Shown in pieces: positions 36,584 to 46,937 of a DNA stretch of 64,000 nt. The DNA is from Bacilli bacterium. Lineage in GTDB: Bacteria > Bacillota_I > Bacilli_A > ML615J-28 > CAG-698. A program made the position numbers and the translations under genes. The DNA lies in assembly GCA_050953065.1 (NCBI GenBank), contig JBMNLZ010000001.1, forward strand, positions 1 to 64,000, given 5' to 3'. Positions within the stretch are counted from its first letter, which is position 1, and each line of letters begins with the position of its first letter. Below the pieces are notes generated by a model. That model was not told the DNA's origin, searched no databases, and was given only the letters and a program-made list of their open reading frames with translations.

Positions 36584-39238
36584 ATGAGTTTTGAAAATAT
36601 CTATTTCAAAGGTAGTTTTAGAAGTTACCAACAAAGAGTATTAGATTCTGCTGATTTATATTTAACAGATGGTAAAATAAACATAGTTGCTGCTCCTGGA
36701 TCGGGAAAAACTATTTTAGGCTTAGAATTAATTAGACGACTTGGAAAACCTTGCATCATTTTATCTCCAACTACTACTATAAGAGAACAATGGGGTGAAA
36801 GGTTTAAAGAATCATTTTTACCAAAAGGTCTAGAGATTAAAGAGTATGTAAATTATGATTTAAATAAAATAGTTCTTATTAATTCAATAACATATCAAGC
36901 TTTATATTCAGCTATGAATAAAATAAAAGCTTCTAATGAAGATGAAACAATTGATTATTCTAATATTGATTTATTTAAACTAATTAAAGAAAAAGGAATT
37001 AAAACAATTTGTTTAGATGAGGCTCACCATTTACAAAATGAATGGCAAAAAGCCCTAGAAAAATTTATTAAAGGGCTTGCTAAAGACATTAAAGTAATTT
37101 CTTTAACAGCAACTCCTCCATATGATGCGAATACTTATGAATGGCAAAGATATATCAGTGTTTGTGGAGAAATAGATGAAGAAATTTTTGTTCCAGAACT
37201 TGTAAAAGAAAAAACGTTGTGTCCACATCAAGATTATATAATGTTTAACTATCCGACTGAAAACGAAATTAAAAGTTTTAAAGAATATAAGGAAAAATCG
37301 TTTTTAGTAATAGAAGAAATAGGTAAATTAGAATTTATAATTAAATTAAATGAACATTTAAATAAAAATTATAAAGATATGTTGATGGATATTTATACGA
37401 ATGTAAAAGAATATATTGCTTTATTGATTTTGTTTAGATATTACGATTATCCCATAAATAAGAAGATAATAAAAATCCTTACTGATGTAGAACATTTACC
37501 AGATATTAGCTTACAGTATGCAGAAATTGCTATACAATTTTTAATTAATTCGGTACTACTTAAAGAAGAAGAAAAGGAAATTCTTTTAAAATTATTAAAA
37601 CAAAATTCACTTTATGACAAAAAACAAGTATTTTTAGATTTGGATGAAAAACTAAAAAGAAAATTAATTAGTTCTTTAGGTAAAATGGAAAGCATTTTAA
37701 AAATTGTTGATAGTGAATATGCTTCTTTAAATAATGATTTAAAAATGCTGATCTTAACCGATTATATAAAAAAAGAATCTCTATTTAAAGTTGGGACTGA
37801 AAAGTTAGTTGATAATGTGAGTGTAGTCAGTATTTTTGAAACTATTAGAAGGCTTAAAAATATTAATTTGGGAGTTTTATCAGGAAGTTTAGTTATATTG
37901 CCTAATACAGTAATTGAAGTTATAAAAGATAAATATCAATTTAGCTTTAAAAATATAAACGATACTACTTATTCAACTGTTAATTTTAAAGGATCAAATA
38001 AGGATAAAGTTAGAATTGTTTCTTCATTGTTTAAAAAGGGAAGTATTAATATTTTGATAGGTACCAAATCATTACTTGGTGAAGGCTGGGATTCTCCTTG
38101 TATCAATTCATTAATTTTGGCAAGTTTTGTTGGAAGTTTTATGCTATCTAATCAGATGAGGGGAAGAGCTATAAGAATTGACAAAAATGACCCTGAAAAA
38201 GTTTCTAATATTTGGCATTTAGTTACTATAGAGCCTGATTATGTTTTTGAAGATAATAAAGTTAAAAAAATTAGTTTATATTTATCTCGTCCAAAAGACA
38301 TAATTCAATCAAATGATTATGAAACATTAGTTAGAAGATTTGAATGTTTTGTAGGGCCAAGTTATGATAAAGATGAAATTGAAAGCGGGATTGACAGGAT
38401 TTCTAATATTAAACCTCCTTATAATAAAAAAGGAATAGAAAAAATTAATGAAGAAACTTTAGCACTTTCAAAAAATAGAGCACTAGTAAAAGAAAAATGG
38501 GATAATGCTTTATCAAAATCTTCTAAGATGCAAATAGAATCAAAAGTTCCAATAGAAAGAAAAATACCAGCTTTTACATTTTATAATATTGGTAAGATTT
38601 TACTTATTCTTAGTTTCCAAAGTCTAATTCTAAGTTTAAATGCTCTAGCAATTTCAAATGTTACATTAAGTTCTGATTTTGGAATGCTATCTTTAATTGT
38701 AACGATTGTGTTATCTTTGATATCTACTATTTTTATAATGCATGCAACTAAAATGTTAATTGCTAATGCTAATCCTACAAGGCAAATAAAAAGTTTTTCA
38801 AAATGCATTTTAAAAACTTTAAAGGATATTGATTTAATTGAGTCTGCTTGTACATTGAAGGTAAAAAGTGATTCTGATGGAATATTTATAAATGTTTCCT
38901 TAGTTGATGCTACAATTCACGAACAAAATATTTTTAATAAGGCTATTGCAGAGTTTTTAAATCCGATTGAAAATCCAAGATATATTGTTATAAAAAAAGG
39001 CTTAGTAAGTAAATATAATTATAAATATTCCTTTGCGTGTCCTAGTGTAATCGGGAAAAATAAGGAAATTGCAGATTTATTTAATAGTTATCTATCAAAA
39101 ATTATGGGAAAATATAGTCTTGTATATACTAGATATGAAGAAGGTAGAAAATTTATTTTAAAATGTAGAATAAAATCATATATTAGTTATAATGCAAAAC
39201 AAGTGAATAGTAAACATAAAATTACTAGATGGGAGTAG
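36584..39238 (+). CDS. SF2 DEAH (ResIII-like) helicase with C-terminal hydrophobic helices
   Basis: FRSYQ, AAPGSGKT, LDEAHH, LTATPP, LLGEGWD, QMRGRAIR; hydrophobic ILLILSFQSLILSLNALAI and FGMLSLIVTIVLSLISTIFIM. Confidence 0.85.
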   Translation: MSFENIYFKGSFRSYQQRVLDSADLYLTDGKINIVAAPGSGKTILGLELIRRLGKPCIILSPTTTIREQWGERFKESFLPKGLEIKEYVNYDLNKIVLINSITYQALYSAMNKIKASNEDETIDYSNIDLFKLIKEKGIKTICLDEAHHLQNEWQKALEKFIKGLAKDIKVISLTATPPYDANTYEWQRYISVCGEIDEEIFVPELVKEKTLCPHQDYIMFNYPTENEIKSFKEYKEKSFLVIEEIGKLEFIIKLNEHLNKNYKDMLMDIYTNVKEYIALLILFRYYDYPINKKIIKILTDVEHLPDISLQYAEIAIQFLINSVLLKEEEKEILLKLLKQNSLYDKKQVFLDLDEKLKRKLISSLGKMESILKIVDSEYASLNNDLKMLILTDYIKKESLFKVGTEKLVDNVSVVSIFETIRRLKNINLGVLSGSLVILPNTVIEVIKDKYQFSFKNINDTTYSTVNFKGSNKDKVRIVSSLFKKGSINILIGTKSLLGEGWDSPCINSLILASFVGSFMLSNQMRGRAIRIDKNDPEKVSNIWHLVTIEPDYVFEDNKVKKISLYLSRPKDIIQSNDYETLVRRFECFVGPSYDKDEIESGIDRISNIKPPYNKKGIEKINEETLALSKNRALVKEKWDNALSKSSKMQIESKVPIERKIPAFTFYNIGKILLILSFQSLILSLNALAISNVTLSSDFGMLSLIVTIVLSLISTIFIMHATKMLIANANPTRQIKSFSKCILKTLKDIDLIESACTLKVKSDSDGIFINVSLVDATIHEQNIFNKAIAEFLNPIENPRYIVIKKGLVSKYNYKYSFACPSVIGKNKEIADLFNSYLSKIMGKYSLVYTRYEEGRKFILKCRIKSYISYNAKQVNSKHKITRWE

Positions 39239-39240
39239 AA

Positions 39241-39276
39241 AAAATAAAACCGAGACTTTTATCTCGGTTTTATTTT
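39241..39276. terminator. Bidirectional terminator
   Basis: Perfect 15-bp inverted repeat AAAATAAAACCGAGA / TCTCGGTTTTATTTT. Confidence 0.85.
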
Positions 39277-39290
39277 AAAATTTTAGTTGA

Positions 39291-39503
39291 TTAGATTCCT
39301 TTAACATTAGTAGCTCTTAGTTTTGTTGCGTCTTTTGGATCTTTTTCAACACCAAATTCAACTTTTTGGCCTTCAACAAGTGCTTTGTAGCCTTCTCCAA
39401 CGATTGCAGTATAATGTACAAATACATCTACGCCATCTTCATCATTAGAGATAAAGCCAAACCCTTTTTCCTTATTGAACCATTTAACTGTTCCTGTCTT
39501 CAT
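39291..39503 (-). CDS. Cold-shock protein
   Basis: [21 protein letters not shown]; AGGAGG before ATG 39503. Confidence 0.95.
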   Translation of the reverse strand: MKTGTVKWFNKEKGFGFISNDEDGVDVFVHYTAIVGEGYKALVEGQKVEFGVEKDPKDATKLRATNVKGI

Positions 39504-39653
39504 TAGGTCCTCCTGCTTTATATTTATATTCTTTTGCATAAAAAAATCGCAAGATGTAACTCATTAAACGAAAATGACTTACAATAACTTGCGAGATCAC
39601 TTACAGCATTCAGAATACATTGATAGTATATCATTAATATCACGAATTGTCAA
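39504..39653 (-). promoter_or_regulatory. csp promoter and long (~115 nt) 5' UTR
   Basis: Minus-strand TTGACA (39648-53)-17-TATACT (39625-30); leader contains the inverted repeat TCGCAAG/CTTGCGA. Confidence 0.65.
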
Positions 39654-39758
39654 TAAAATAAGAGCATATTTCTTGTAAAAAATATTAAAAATAGTATAAT
39701 TGAATTATAGGCTAGATTTTAAATCGAATTTATAAAAAAAATATTAAGGAGGAAAATA

Positions 39759-40070
39759 ATGGCTGTTTTAAAATTAGATGAAAAGAATTTTGAAAGTGAA
39801 GTATTAAATTTTAAAGGAACTGTATTAGTAGACTTTTATGCTGATTGGTGTGGACCATGTAAAATGCTTGCTCCGATTTTAGATAAAATTTCTAATGAAG
39901 TTGATAAAAATGTTAAAATTGCTAAAGTGAATGTTGATGTAAGTCCTGCTTTGGCTGGAAAGTTTTCTGTTATGAGTATACCTACTTTAATTGTATTTAA
40001 AGATGGTAAGATATCTACAACTAGAGTTGGTTTTACATCTGAAAAGTCAATTTTAGATTTATTAAAATAA
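39759..40070 (+). CDS. trxA: Thioredoxin
   Basis: DFYADWCGPCK, SIPT. Confidence 0.95.
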   Translation: MAVLKLDEKNFESEVLNFKGTVLVDFYADWCGPCKMLAPILDKISNEVDKNVKIAKVNVDVSPALAGKFSVMSIPTLIVFKDGKISTTRVGFTSEKSILDLLK

Positions 40071-40092
40071 AATATAAAAAGGAGGAATAAAA

Positions 40093-40770
40093 ATGAACGA
40101 ACAAAAACAATTTAGTATGCCGTTAATTGGGGATAAAGCGCCTAGCTTTAAAGCGGTTACTACACAGGGGATGATTAATTTTCCTGAAGATTACAAAGGA
40201 CATTGGGTAATTTTATTTTCACATCCTGCTGATTTTACTCCAGTTTGTACAACTGAATTTATGACTTTTGCAAGTATGGCTGATGAATTTGAAAAATTAA
40301 ATACTAAATTAATTGGTTTATCAGTAGATTCTCTTTATGCTCATATTGCATGGCTTAGAAAGATTCAAGAATTAGAGTGGAAGGGAATGAAAAAAGTTGA
40401 AGTTAAATTTCCATTAATTGAAGATATTAAAATGGAAGTATCTTCTAAATATGGAATGGTTCAACCAAATCAATCAACTACTCAAGCAGTTAGAGCAGTT
40501 TTTGTGATTGATCCTGAAGGAAAAATAAGAACTATTCTATATTATCCGCTTTCTACTGGAAGAAATTTTGATGAAATTAAAAGAATTATTTTAGCTTTAC
40601 AAAAAGCTGATAAAGATGGGGTTGCAACTCCAGCTGATTGGAGACCAGGAGATGATGTAATTATTCCTACAGCTGGATCTTGTGGTGTTGCAAAAGAAAG
40701 AATGGAACAAAAGAAAGATGATGTATATTGTCTTGATTGGTTTATGTGTTTTAAAAAAGAAAAAAAATAA
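40093..40770 (+). CDS. Peroxiredoxin (Prx6 type)
   Basis: FSHPADFTPVCTTE, TPADWRPG, CLDWFMC. Confidence 0.93.
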   Translation: MNEQKQFSMPLIGDKAPSFKAVTTQGMINFPEDYKGHWVILFSHPADFTPVCTTEFMTFASMADEFEKLNTKLIGLSVDSLYAHIAWLRKIQELEWKGMKKVEVKFPLIEDIKMEVSSKYGMVQPNQSTTQAVRAVFVIDPEGKIRTILYYPLSTGRNFDEIKRIILALQKADKDGVATPADWRPGDDVIIPTAGSCGVAKERMEQKKDDVYCLDWFMCFKKEKK

Positions 40771-40781
40771 GGAGGTAAATT

Positions 40782-41168
40782 ATGTGTAAAGAACAAAAAT
40801 TTTATTATTGTGATATTTGTGGGAAAATTATCGGAATGGTTAAAGATGCAAAAACACCAACAATTTGTTGTGGAAAGCCAATGACACAGATTGTTGCTAA
40901 TACAGAAGAAGCTTCATATGAAAAACATTTACCTGCAGTAACAGTTAAAGGAAATGAAATTCATGTTTCTGTTGGAAGTGTTGCACATCCGATGATTCCA
41001 GAACATTATATCGAATGGGTGTATGTTCAAACTGAAAAGGGTGGTCAAAGGAAATGCTTTAAAGCTGGTGAAGAACCAAAAGTGGCTTTTTCAGTAATTA
41101 ATGATAAACCTGTAGCAGTATATGCATATTGTAATTTGCATGGATTATGGAAAACTGAAGTAAAATAA
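40782..41168 (+). CDS. dfx: Desulfoferrodoxin (2Fe superoxide reductase)
   Basis: CDICG..CCG, EKHLP, HPM..EHYIEW, YCNLHGLW. Confidence 0.93.
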   Translation: MCKEQKFYYCDICGKIIGMVKDAKTPTICCGKPMTQIVANTEEASYEKHLPAVTVKGNEIHVSVGSVAHPMIPEHYIEWVYVQTEKGGQRKCFKAGEEPKVAFSVINDKPVAVYAYCNLHGLWKTEVK

Positions 41169-41172
41169 ATTG

Positions 41173-41213
41173 ATTAAAAGCGACTACTTAATTAGGTAGT
41201 CGCTTTTAATTTT
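41173..41213 (+). terminator. Intrinsic terminator of the trx-prx-dfx operon
   Basis: ATTAAAAGCGACTAC...GTAGTCGCTTTTAAT. Confidence 0.85.
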
Positions 41214-41264
41214 ACAAAAAGTTTACAATTTAAAAAATAAAATTATACAACTAAAGAGTATAAT
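41211..41264 (+). promoter_or_regulatory. Pho-box-like promoter
   Basis: TTTACA at 41211 and 41222 and TATACA at 41244 (11-bp phase) ahead of TATAAT at 41259; lies upstream of a phosphate transporter and a PhoB/PhoR-like pair. Confidence 0.65.
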
Positions 41265-41296
41265 GGTGTGGTATAAAAAAAGGAGAGAATTTTAAT

Positions 41297-42934
41297 ATGT
41301 CTATAATTGATGCAATTATATTTTTATTAGGTGGTTTAGGTGCTTTTTTACTTGGATTTCAGGTTTTATCGGATAATATTGAAAAATTAGCTGCTAAAAA
41401 ATTAAGACAATTATTTAATAAAACATCAAAAAGTAAAATAGTTGGTATGGGTGTAGGTTTAGCAACTACAGCTATTATCCAAAGTTCATCAGCCACTACT
41501 GTAATGGTAGTTGGATTTGTAAATGCTAATATAATGTCTCTTTTTTCTGCAACAACTATTATAATGGGAGCTAATATTGGTACAACTGTTACTGCGCAAA
41601 TTGTTGCTTTAAAAGCATTTAATTTTGTAAAATTTGCAATTGTTTTTACATGTATAGGAATTTTTATGAATATGTTTGCTAAAACTGATAAGAAAAAAAC
41701 TTTAGGGTTAGTTTTAGCAGGCTTAGGCTTAATCTTTTTAGGGCTTGATACAATGTCTAGTTCAATGAAAGCTTTTAGGGAAAGCCAAGTGTTTGTTGAT
41801 GCATTGTCTATTATCACTAATCCACTACTTTTATTATTAATAGGAGCTGCATTTACTGCTATTGTTCAAAGTTCATCTGCAGTAACTTCAATTTTAATTA
41901 CAATGGTTGGAGCAGGTTTTGTTATTGGTGGCGGTGGTAATGCGATATTGTATGTAATTTTAGGAACAAATATTGGAACATGTGTTACTGCATTACTATC
42001 TTCAATTGGAGCAAGTACTAATGCTAAAAGAGCAGCTCTGATTCACTTAATGTTTAATGTTTTTGGTTCAATTATATTTTTTATAGTGCTTGTAATATGG
42101 AGAGGTTTTATGGACAATGTAGTTGCTAAAATCTTTACTGATCCTGGTACACAAATTGCAATGTTCCATACATTCTTTAATACTGTTTGTGTTGCGATGT
42201 TTTTACCTTTCACAAATGTTTTTGTAAAACTTTCGAAAACGATTATTAGAGATAAAAAAATTCCAGAAGATATCAAAATTACTTATATGGACTCAAGAAT
42301 TTTAAATACTCCAACTATTGCTATTTCGCAACTTACAAAAGAAGTAGTAAGAATGGGTGATACTTCAATTAAAGCTTTAGAAAAAGCATTAGAAATGTTT
42401 TATCAAAAAACTATTGATGATGAGCAAAATGTTAGAGAGATAATTAACGAAGCAAATATAATGAATAAACAAATTACTGACTATTTAGTTAAAGTTTCTA
42501 CTAATAACTTATCATACTCAGATGAAGTTGCAATTGGTAAGTTATATCATGTAATTGCTGACCTTTTACGTATTAATGAAGTTGCAGATAATGTTGTTAA
42601 ATATACAACTTCAGTTGTAGAACAAGGTTTGGAGTTTTCAGAATCAGTAATGGAGTCTATTGGTGAGATGTATGCTCAAGTAAAAGAATTATATCAAGAA
42701 TCCATTGCTGTCTTTATGACTCGCAACTTAAATAGACTTTCAAAAGTTGATAATATGGAAGATAAAATTGATAAGATGAGAAAAGAGTTAATAGATGCTC
42801 ATATCAAGAGATTAAATGATGGTAAATGCAAAGCTAGTAGTAGTGGTGTTTTTATTAATTTAGTTAGTAATCTTGAAAGAGTAGCCGACCATATAACTTA
42901 TGTTGCATATTCTATAAAAGAAGAAAAAAAATAG
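41297..42934 (+). CDS. Na/Pi cotransporter with C-terminal PhoU domains
   Basis: Two QSSS repeats with GANIGT / GTNIGT; C-terminal helical domain ending LERVADH. Confidence 0.92.
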   Translation: MSIIDAIIFLLGGLGAFLLGFQVLSDNIEKLAAKKLRQLFNKTSKSKIVGMGVGLATTAIIQSSSATTVMVVGFVNANIMSLFSATTIIMGANIGTTVTAQIVALKAFNFVKFAIVFTCIGIFMNMFAKTDKKKTLGLVLAGLGLIFLGLDTMSSSMKAFRESQVFVDALSIITNPLLLLLIGAAFTAIVQSSSAVTSILITMVGAGFVIGGGGNAILYVILGTNIGTCVTALLSSIGASTNAKRAALIHLMFNVFGSIIFFIVLVIWRGFMDNVVAKIFTDPGTQIAMFHTFFNTVCVAMFLPFTNVFVKLSKTIIRDKKIPEDIKITYMDSRILNTPTIAISQLTKEVVRMGDTSIKALEKALEMFYQKTIDDEQNVREIINEANIMNKQITDYLVKVSTNNLSYSDEVAIGKLYHVIADLLRINEVADNVVKYTTSVVEQGLEFSESVMESIGEMYAQVKELYQESIAVFMTRNLNRLSKVDNMEDKIDKMRKELIDAHIKRLNDGKCKASSSGVFINLVSNLERVADHITYVAYSIKEEKK

Positions 42935-42989
42935 ATGGCTTTATTTATATAAAATAATATGATATAATAAGGCTATTGAGGTTAAGAAT

Positions 42990-43643
42990 ATGGGAACACA
43001 AGTTTATTTATTAGAAGATGATAAAAGTATATGTGATTTAGTAAAATGTGCATTAGAAATGGCTAACATTTCTATTGCATGTTTTTATAATGTAGAAAGC
43101 TTTATGAAAGCTTTTGAAAGTGAGCATCCTAAAGTAGCATTATTAGATATAATGCTTCCTGATGGTAATGGGATTGATGTTTTAAAAGCAATTAAAAAAG
43201 CCAATCCAAAAGTATATTGTATAATGCTTAGTGCTCTTTCTCAAGAAACTGACAAAGTAAAAGGACTTAATGAAGGAGCAGATGATTATATTTCAAAACC
43301 ATTTGGAGTTTTGGAGCTCACTGCTAGAGTAAATGTAGCTTTAAGAAAAACAATTACTAAGACTTTAAGAGTTGGTGATATTGTTGTATATGAAGATAGC
43401 ATGATTGTTTATTTTAAAAGTAAAAAACTTAATTTAAATAATAAAGAATTTCAATTGTTAAGATATTTTATGTTAAATGTAGGCAAGGTATTATCAAGAG
43501 AACAAATTTTGACTACAGTTTGGGGGTATAGTGAAGGAGAAACTAGGACGGTTGATAATCACGTAGCAAGGCTTAGAAAATGTGGTATAAATTATTTTGA
43601 AACTGTTTTTGGAGTAGGTTATAAATTTGATGTAAAGAGGTGA
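42990..43643 (+). CDS. OmpR-family response regulator (PhoB/PhoP-like)
   Basis: LEDD, LDIMLPD, GADDYISKPF, SREQIL..VWG, RTVDNHVARLR, GVGYK. Confidence 0.9.
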   Translation: MGTQVYLLEDDKSICDLVKCALEMANISIACFYNVESFMKAFESEHPKVALLDIMLPDGNGIDVLKAIKKANPKVYCIMLSALSQETDKVKGLNEGADDYISKPFGVLELTARVNVALRKTITKTLRVGDIVVYEDSMIVYFKSKKLNLNNKEFQLLRYFMLNVGKVLSREQILTTVWGYSEGETRTVDNHVARLRKCGINYFETVFGVGYKFDVKR

Positions 43644-45298
43644 TCAATCTGAAAAAAAATATATTAATATTCTTAATGATCGCCTCTTTAATTTTTACAA
43701 TTGTCTTAAGTTTAATTTTTTCTTATAAAAATTATAATAAAGATATAAGTGAAGTTAAAAACAATTTGGCTATTTATGTAAAACTATATAATGATTCATT
43801 TTCTTTAGATGAAGAAGGAGCTATTGAATTTTCAAATTTATTAGAAGGTGTTGAAGTAACTTTTTTATCTTTAGAAGGAGTAGTAATTGGAAGTAGTAAT
43901 CCAAAAATTACTGGTGATTTAAGTGAATTAGAAGAGGTTAAAGAAGTTTTAGAAAACGGTAAAGGTGAGTCTATAAGAAACTCTTTAGTTGAAAATAAAA
44001 AAATGGTATTTTATAGCGAGGCTAAAGATACATTTATAATAAGATTGGGATTTGTGTTATTTTCAACATTTACATATTTTTTAGATTATGTACCATCAAT
44101 ATTATGGTTTTTAATTATTATTTTAATTGTTAATTTCCTTTTAAGTTTTATAATTGTTGATACTAATTTAAAGTTTGTTCAAAAATATATGATTCGCTCT
44201 TTAAGAAGCGATGAAACAATTGTTGATGCTAAATACATTGAAATGACTGATATTGCAACAACTTTAAACAATTATAAATTAATAGTGGAAGAAAAGTTTA
44301 AAAAATTTGAAGATAATTCAAAAATCATTTCAATTGTTTTAGACAGTATGGAAAATGGTATTGTGATATTTAAATCTTTTAGTGATGTTCTTTTTATTAA
44401 TAAAACAGCTTCTAAATTACTTGAATATTTTGAAGATGATGTTTATTTAATGTATTTACTTGAAGATGATGAGTTAAATCAAATTATTATTAAAAAAGAA
44501 AATAGCGTAATTTATAGAGTAATTGATGATAATGAATATGCTTTTTCGTTTTCTTTCTCTAAGGAATTTTCAGTTTTATTGATTACTGATGTAACTTTAA
44601 TAAGAAAAGCAGAAAAATCAAAAAATGAGTTTATTTCAAATGTTACTCATGAAATGAATACTCCTTTGACAAGTATTAGAGGTTTTGCTGAATTATTATT
44701 AACTGGTCAATTGCCAAAGAATAAAATTGATAATGCTGCCCAAACTATTTTAAAACAAAGTGATAGACTAAAAAATTTAATTTCCAGCATTATTAATTTT
44801 AGTGCAATTGATAATGATGAGTTACCTAGTTATGATGTAAATATTTCTGAAATTGCAAAAAACACTGTTTCTTCAATGGAACCTTTAATTAAAGAAAGAA
44901 AAATTGAATTAACTTTAAATATAGAAGAAAATATTTTTATTAAAAGTAGAAAAGAGAGAATTGTTGAAATATTTAGCAATTTAATCTCTAATGCTATTAG
45001 ATATAATAAAGATGAAGGTAAATTATATATTGAAATTAGTAAAGATGATGTTCCTAAAATAATTGTTGAGGATACTGGAATTGGAATTTCTAAAGAAAAT
45101 ATGGGAAGAGTCTTTGATAGGTTTTACACTGTAGATACATCTCATAGTGGTATTGGTGGAGGTTTTGGTTTAGGGCTTGCTATTGTTAAAAAATTAGCTC
45201 AAAAAGCAGGATGGAAAATCAATCTAACAAGCGAAGTAAATAAGGGAACTAAATTTGAAATAATTTTTTATGGAAATAAAAAGTGTATAAAAGAATAA
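43640..45298 (+). CDS. Sensor histidine kinase (PhoR-like)
   Basis: Two TM helices, NVTHEMNTPLTSIRG, NLISNAIRY, DTGIG, FDRFY, GFGLGL. Confidence 0.9.
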   Translation: MINLKKNILIFLMIASLIFTIVLSLIFSYKNYNKDISEVKNNLAIYVKLYNDSFSLDEEGAIEFSNLLEGVEVTFLSLEGVVIGSSNPKITGDLSELEEVKEVLENGKGESIRNSLVENKKMVFYSEAKDTFIIRLGFVLFSTFTYFLDYVPSILWFLIIILIVNFLLSFIIVDTNLKFVQKYMIRSLRSDETIVDAKYIEMTDIATTLNNYKLIVEEKFKKFEDNSKIISIVLDSMENGIVIFKSFSDVLFINKTASKLLEYFEDDVYLMYLLEDDELNQIIIKKENSVIYRVIDDNEYAFSFSFSKEFSVLLITDVTLIRKAEKSKNEFISNVTHEMNTPLTSIRGFAELLLTGQLPKNKIDNAAQTILKQSDRLKNLISSIINFSAIDNDELPSYDVNISEIAKNTVSSMEPLIKERKIELTLNIEENIFIKSRKERIVEIFSNLISNAIRYNKDEGKLYIEISKDDVPKIIVEDTGIGISKENMGRVFDRFYTVDTSHSGIGGGFGLGLAIVKKLAQKAGWKINLTSEVNKGTKFEIIFYGNKKCIKE

Positions 45299-45456
45299 TC
45301 TAAAAAAACAAAGCAGTTAAAAACTGTTTTGTTTTTGTTTTAATATATGAGATTTTGTGATATAATTACAAATGTTAAATACTAATTAACCGTCAAACCT
45401 TTGCTTGAATAAAAAATTAGAATATGATAGAATTATAGTTATGTTAGGTGGAAAAT

Positions 45457-46929
45457 ATGGAAAAACTTGCATTTAATAATGAAAAATATTTAAAACTACA
45501 ATCTGAAAAAATTCTTGAAAGAATTCATCAATATAATAACAAATTATATCTAGAGTTCGGTGGGAAAATATTTGATGATTATCATGCTTCAAGAACATTA
45601 CCAGGTTTTGAAATTGATACAAAAGTAAAAATGCTTTGTGAGATTAAAGAACAGGTTGAAATCGTGATTGTTATTAATGCTAATCATATTCAATCAAGTA
45701 AAATTAGAGCTGATATTGGAATTACTTATGAAAATGAAGTTTTAAGAATGATTGAGAATTTTGAAAGAATGCAATTATATGTTGGTAGTGTTGTAATTAC
45801 TCATTATGAAGGACAAGTAGCAGCTAAATCTTTCAAAACTAAATTGATGAATATGAATATTTCAGTCTATTTGCATTATACAATTCCAGGTTATCCTACA
45901 AATATTAATAGAATTATTAGTGAAGATGGTTTTGGTAAAAATGATTATATTAAAACAACTAAATCATTAGTAGTAGTAACTGCTCCAGGCCCTTGTAGTG
46001 GGAAAATGGCTACTTGTTTATCTCAGCTATATCATGAAAATAAAAGAGGTGTTTTGGCTGGATATGCTAAATACGAAACTTTTCCAATTTGGAATTTACC
46101 ATTAAGACATTCTGTTAACTTAGCATATGAATCAGCAACAGCTGATTTAAACGATGTAAGTGTCATAGACACTTATCATTTAGAAGCCTATAATACTTTG
46201 ACAGTTAATTATAATAGAGATGTTGAGGTTTTTCCGGTTTTACAAGCAGTTTTCAATAAGATTTATGGATATAGTCCATATAAATCACCTACAGATATGG
46301 CAGTTAATATGGCAGGCTTTTGTATTGAAGATGATGATATGGTAGTAAATGCTTGTAAACAAGAAATTATCAGAAGATATTTAGATGCTTTAGTTGATTT
46401 AAAAAATGGTAAGCACGGTGAAGAAGTATCAGATAAAATTGCATTGATAATGAATCATTTGAATGTATCTATTTCAGATAGAAAAGTTGTAGAGGCTGCT
46501 TTACAAAAAGAAATTGATAGTAAAGTCCCATCAATTGCTATGGAATTATCTGATGGTGCAATTGTAACTGGTAAAACTACGCCATTATTAGATGCAAGTG
46601 CTGCTGCAATATTAAATGGAATCAAACATTTTTCTCAATTAAAAAAAGAAGTATTATTGATTTCACCAAATGTAATTGAACCTATTCAAAATTTAAAAGA
46701 ACATTTTTTAAGTGAAAATAAATTAAGATTAAATGCTGAAGAAATATTAATAGCTTTAGCTATTACTGCAACTACAAATCCAGTGGCTGATTTAGCACTT
46801 CAAAAATTACCTTTATTAAAAGGTGCTCAAGCTCATTCTACTGTAATGTTAAGCCATACTGATAAAAGTGTGTTTAAAAAATTGAATATAGATGTAACTT
46901 GTGAGGCTGTTAATTCTACTTTAAAATAG
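45457..46929 (+). CDS. DUF1846 family protein
   Basis: KLYLEFGGK.FDDYHASR.LPGF, APGP.SGKMATCLSQLYHE, AKYETFPIWNLPL, SPTDM.VNMAG. Confidence 0.88.
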   Translation: MEKLAFNNEKYLKLQSEKILERIHQYNNKLYLEFGGKIFDDYHASRTLPGFEIDTKVKMLCEIKEQVEIVIVINANHIQSSKIRADIGITYENEVLRMIENFERMQLYVGSVVITHYEGQVAAKSFKTKLMNMNISVYLHYTIPGYPTNINRIISEDGFGKNDYIKTTKSLVVVTAPGPCSGKMATCLSQLYHENKRGVLAGYAKYETFPIWNLPLRHSVNLAYESATADLNDVSVIDTYHLEAYNTLTVNYNRDVEVFPVLQAVFNKIYGYSPYKSPTDMAVNMAGFCIEDDDMVVNACKQEIIRRYLDALVDLKNGKHGEEVSDKIALIMNHLNVSISDRKVVEAALQKEIDSKVPSIAMELSDGAIVTGKTTPLLDASAAAILNGIKHFSQLKKEVLLISPNVIEPIQNLKEHFLSENKLRLNAEEILIALAITATTNPVADLALQKLPLLKGAQAHSTVMLSHTDKSVFKKLNIDVTCEAVNSTLK

Positions 46930-46937
46930 GAGTAATT

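Noticed and set aside
16064-40770. Peroxiredoxin, CDF and desulforedoxin-type genes present in both halves as a duplication or cause of the join
   Set aside because: Each copy has the composition of its own half and none lies at the junction; these are common anaerobe genes
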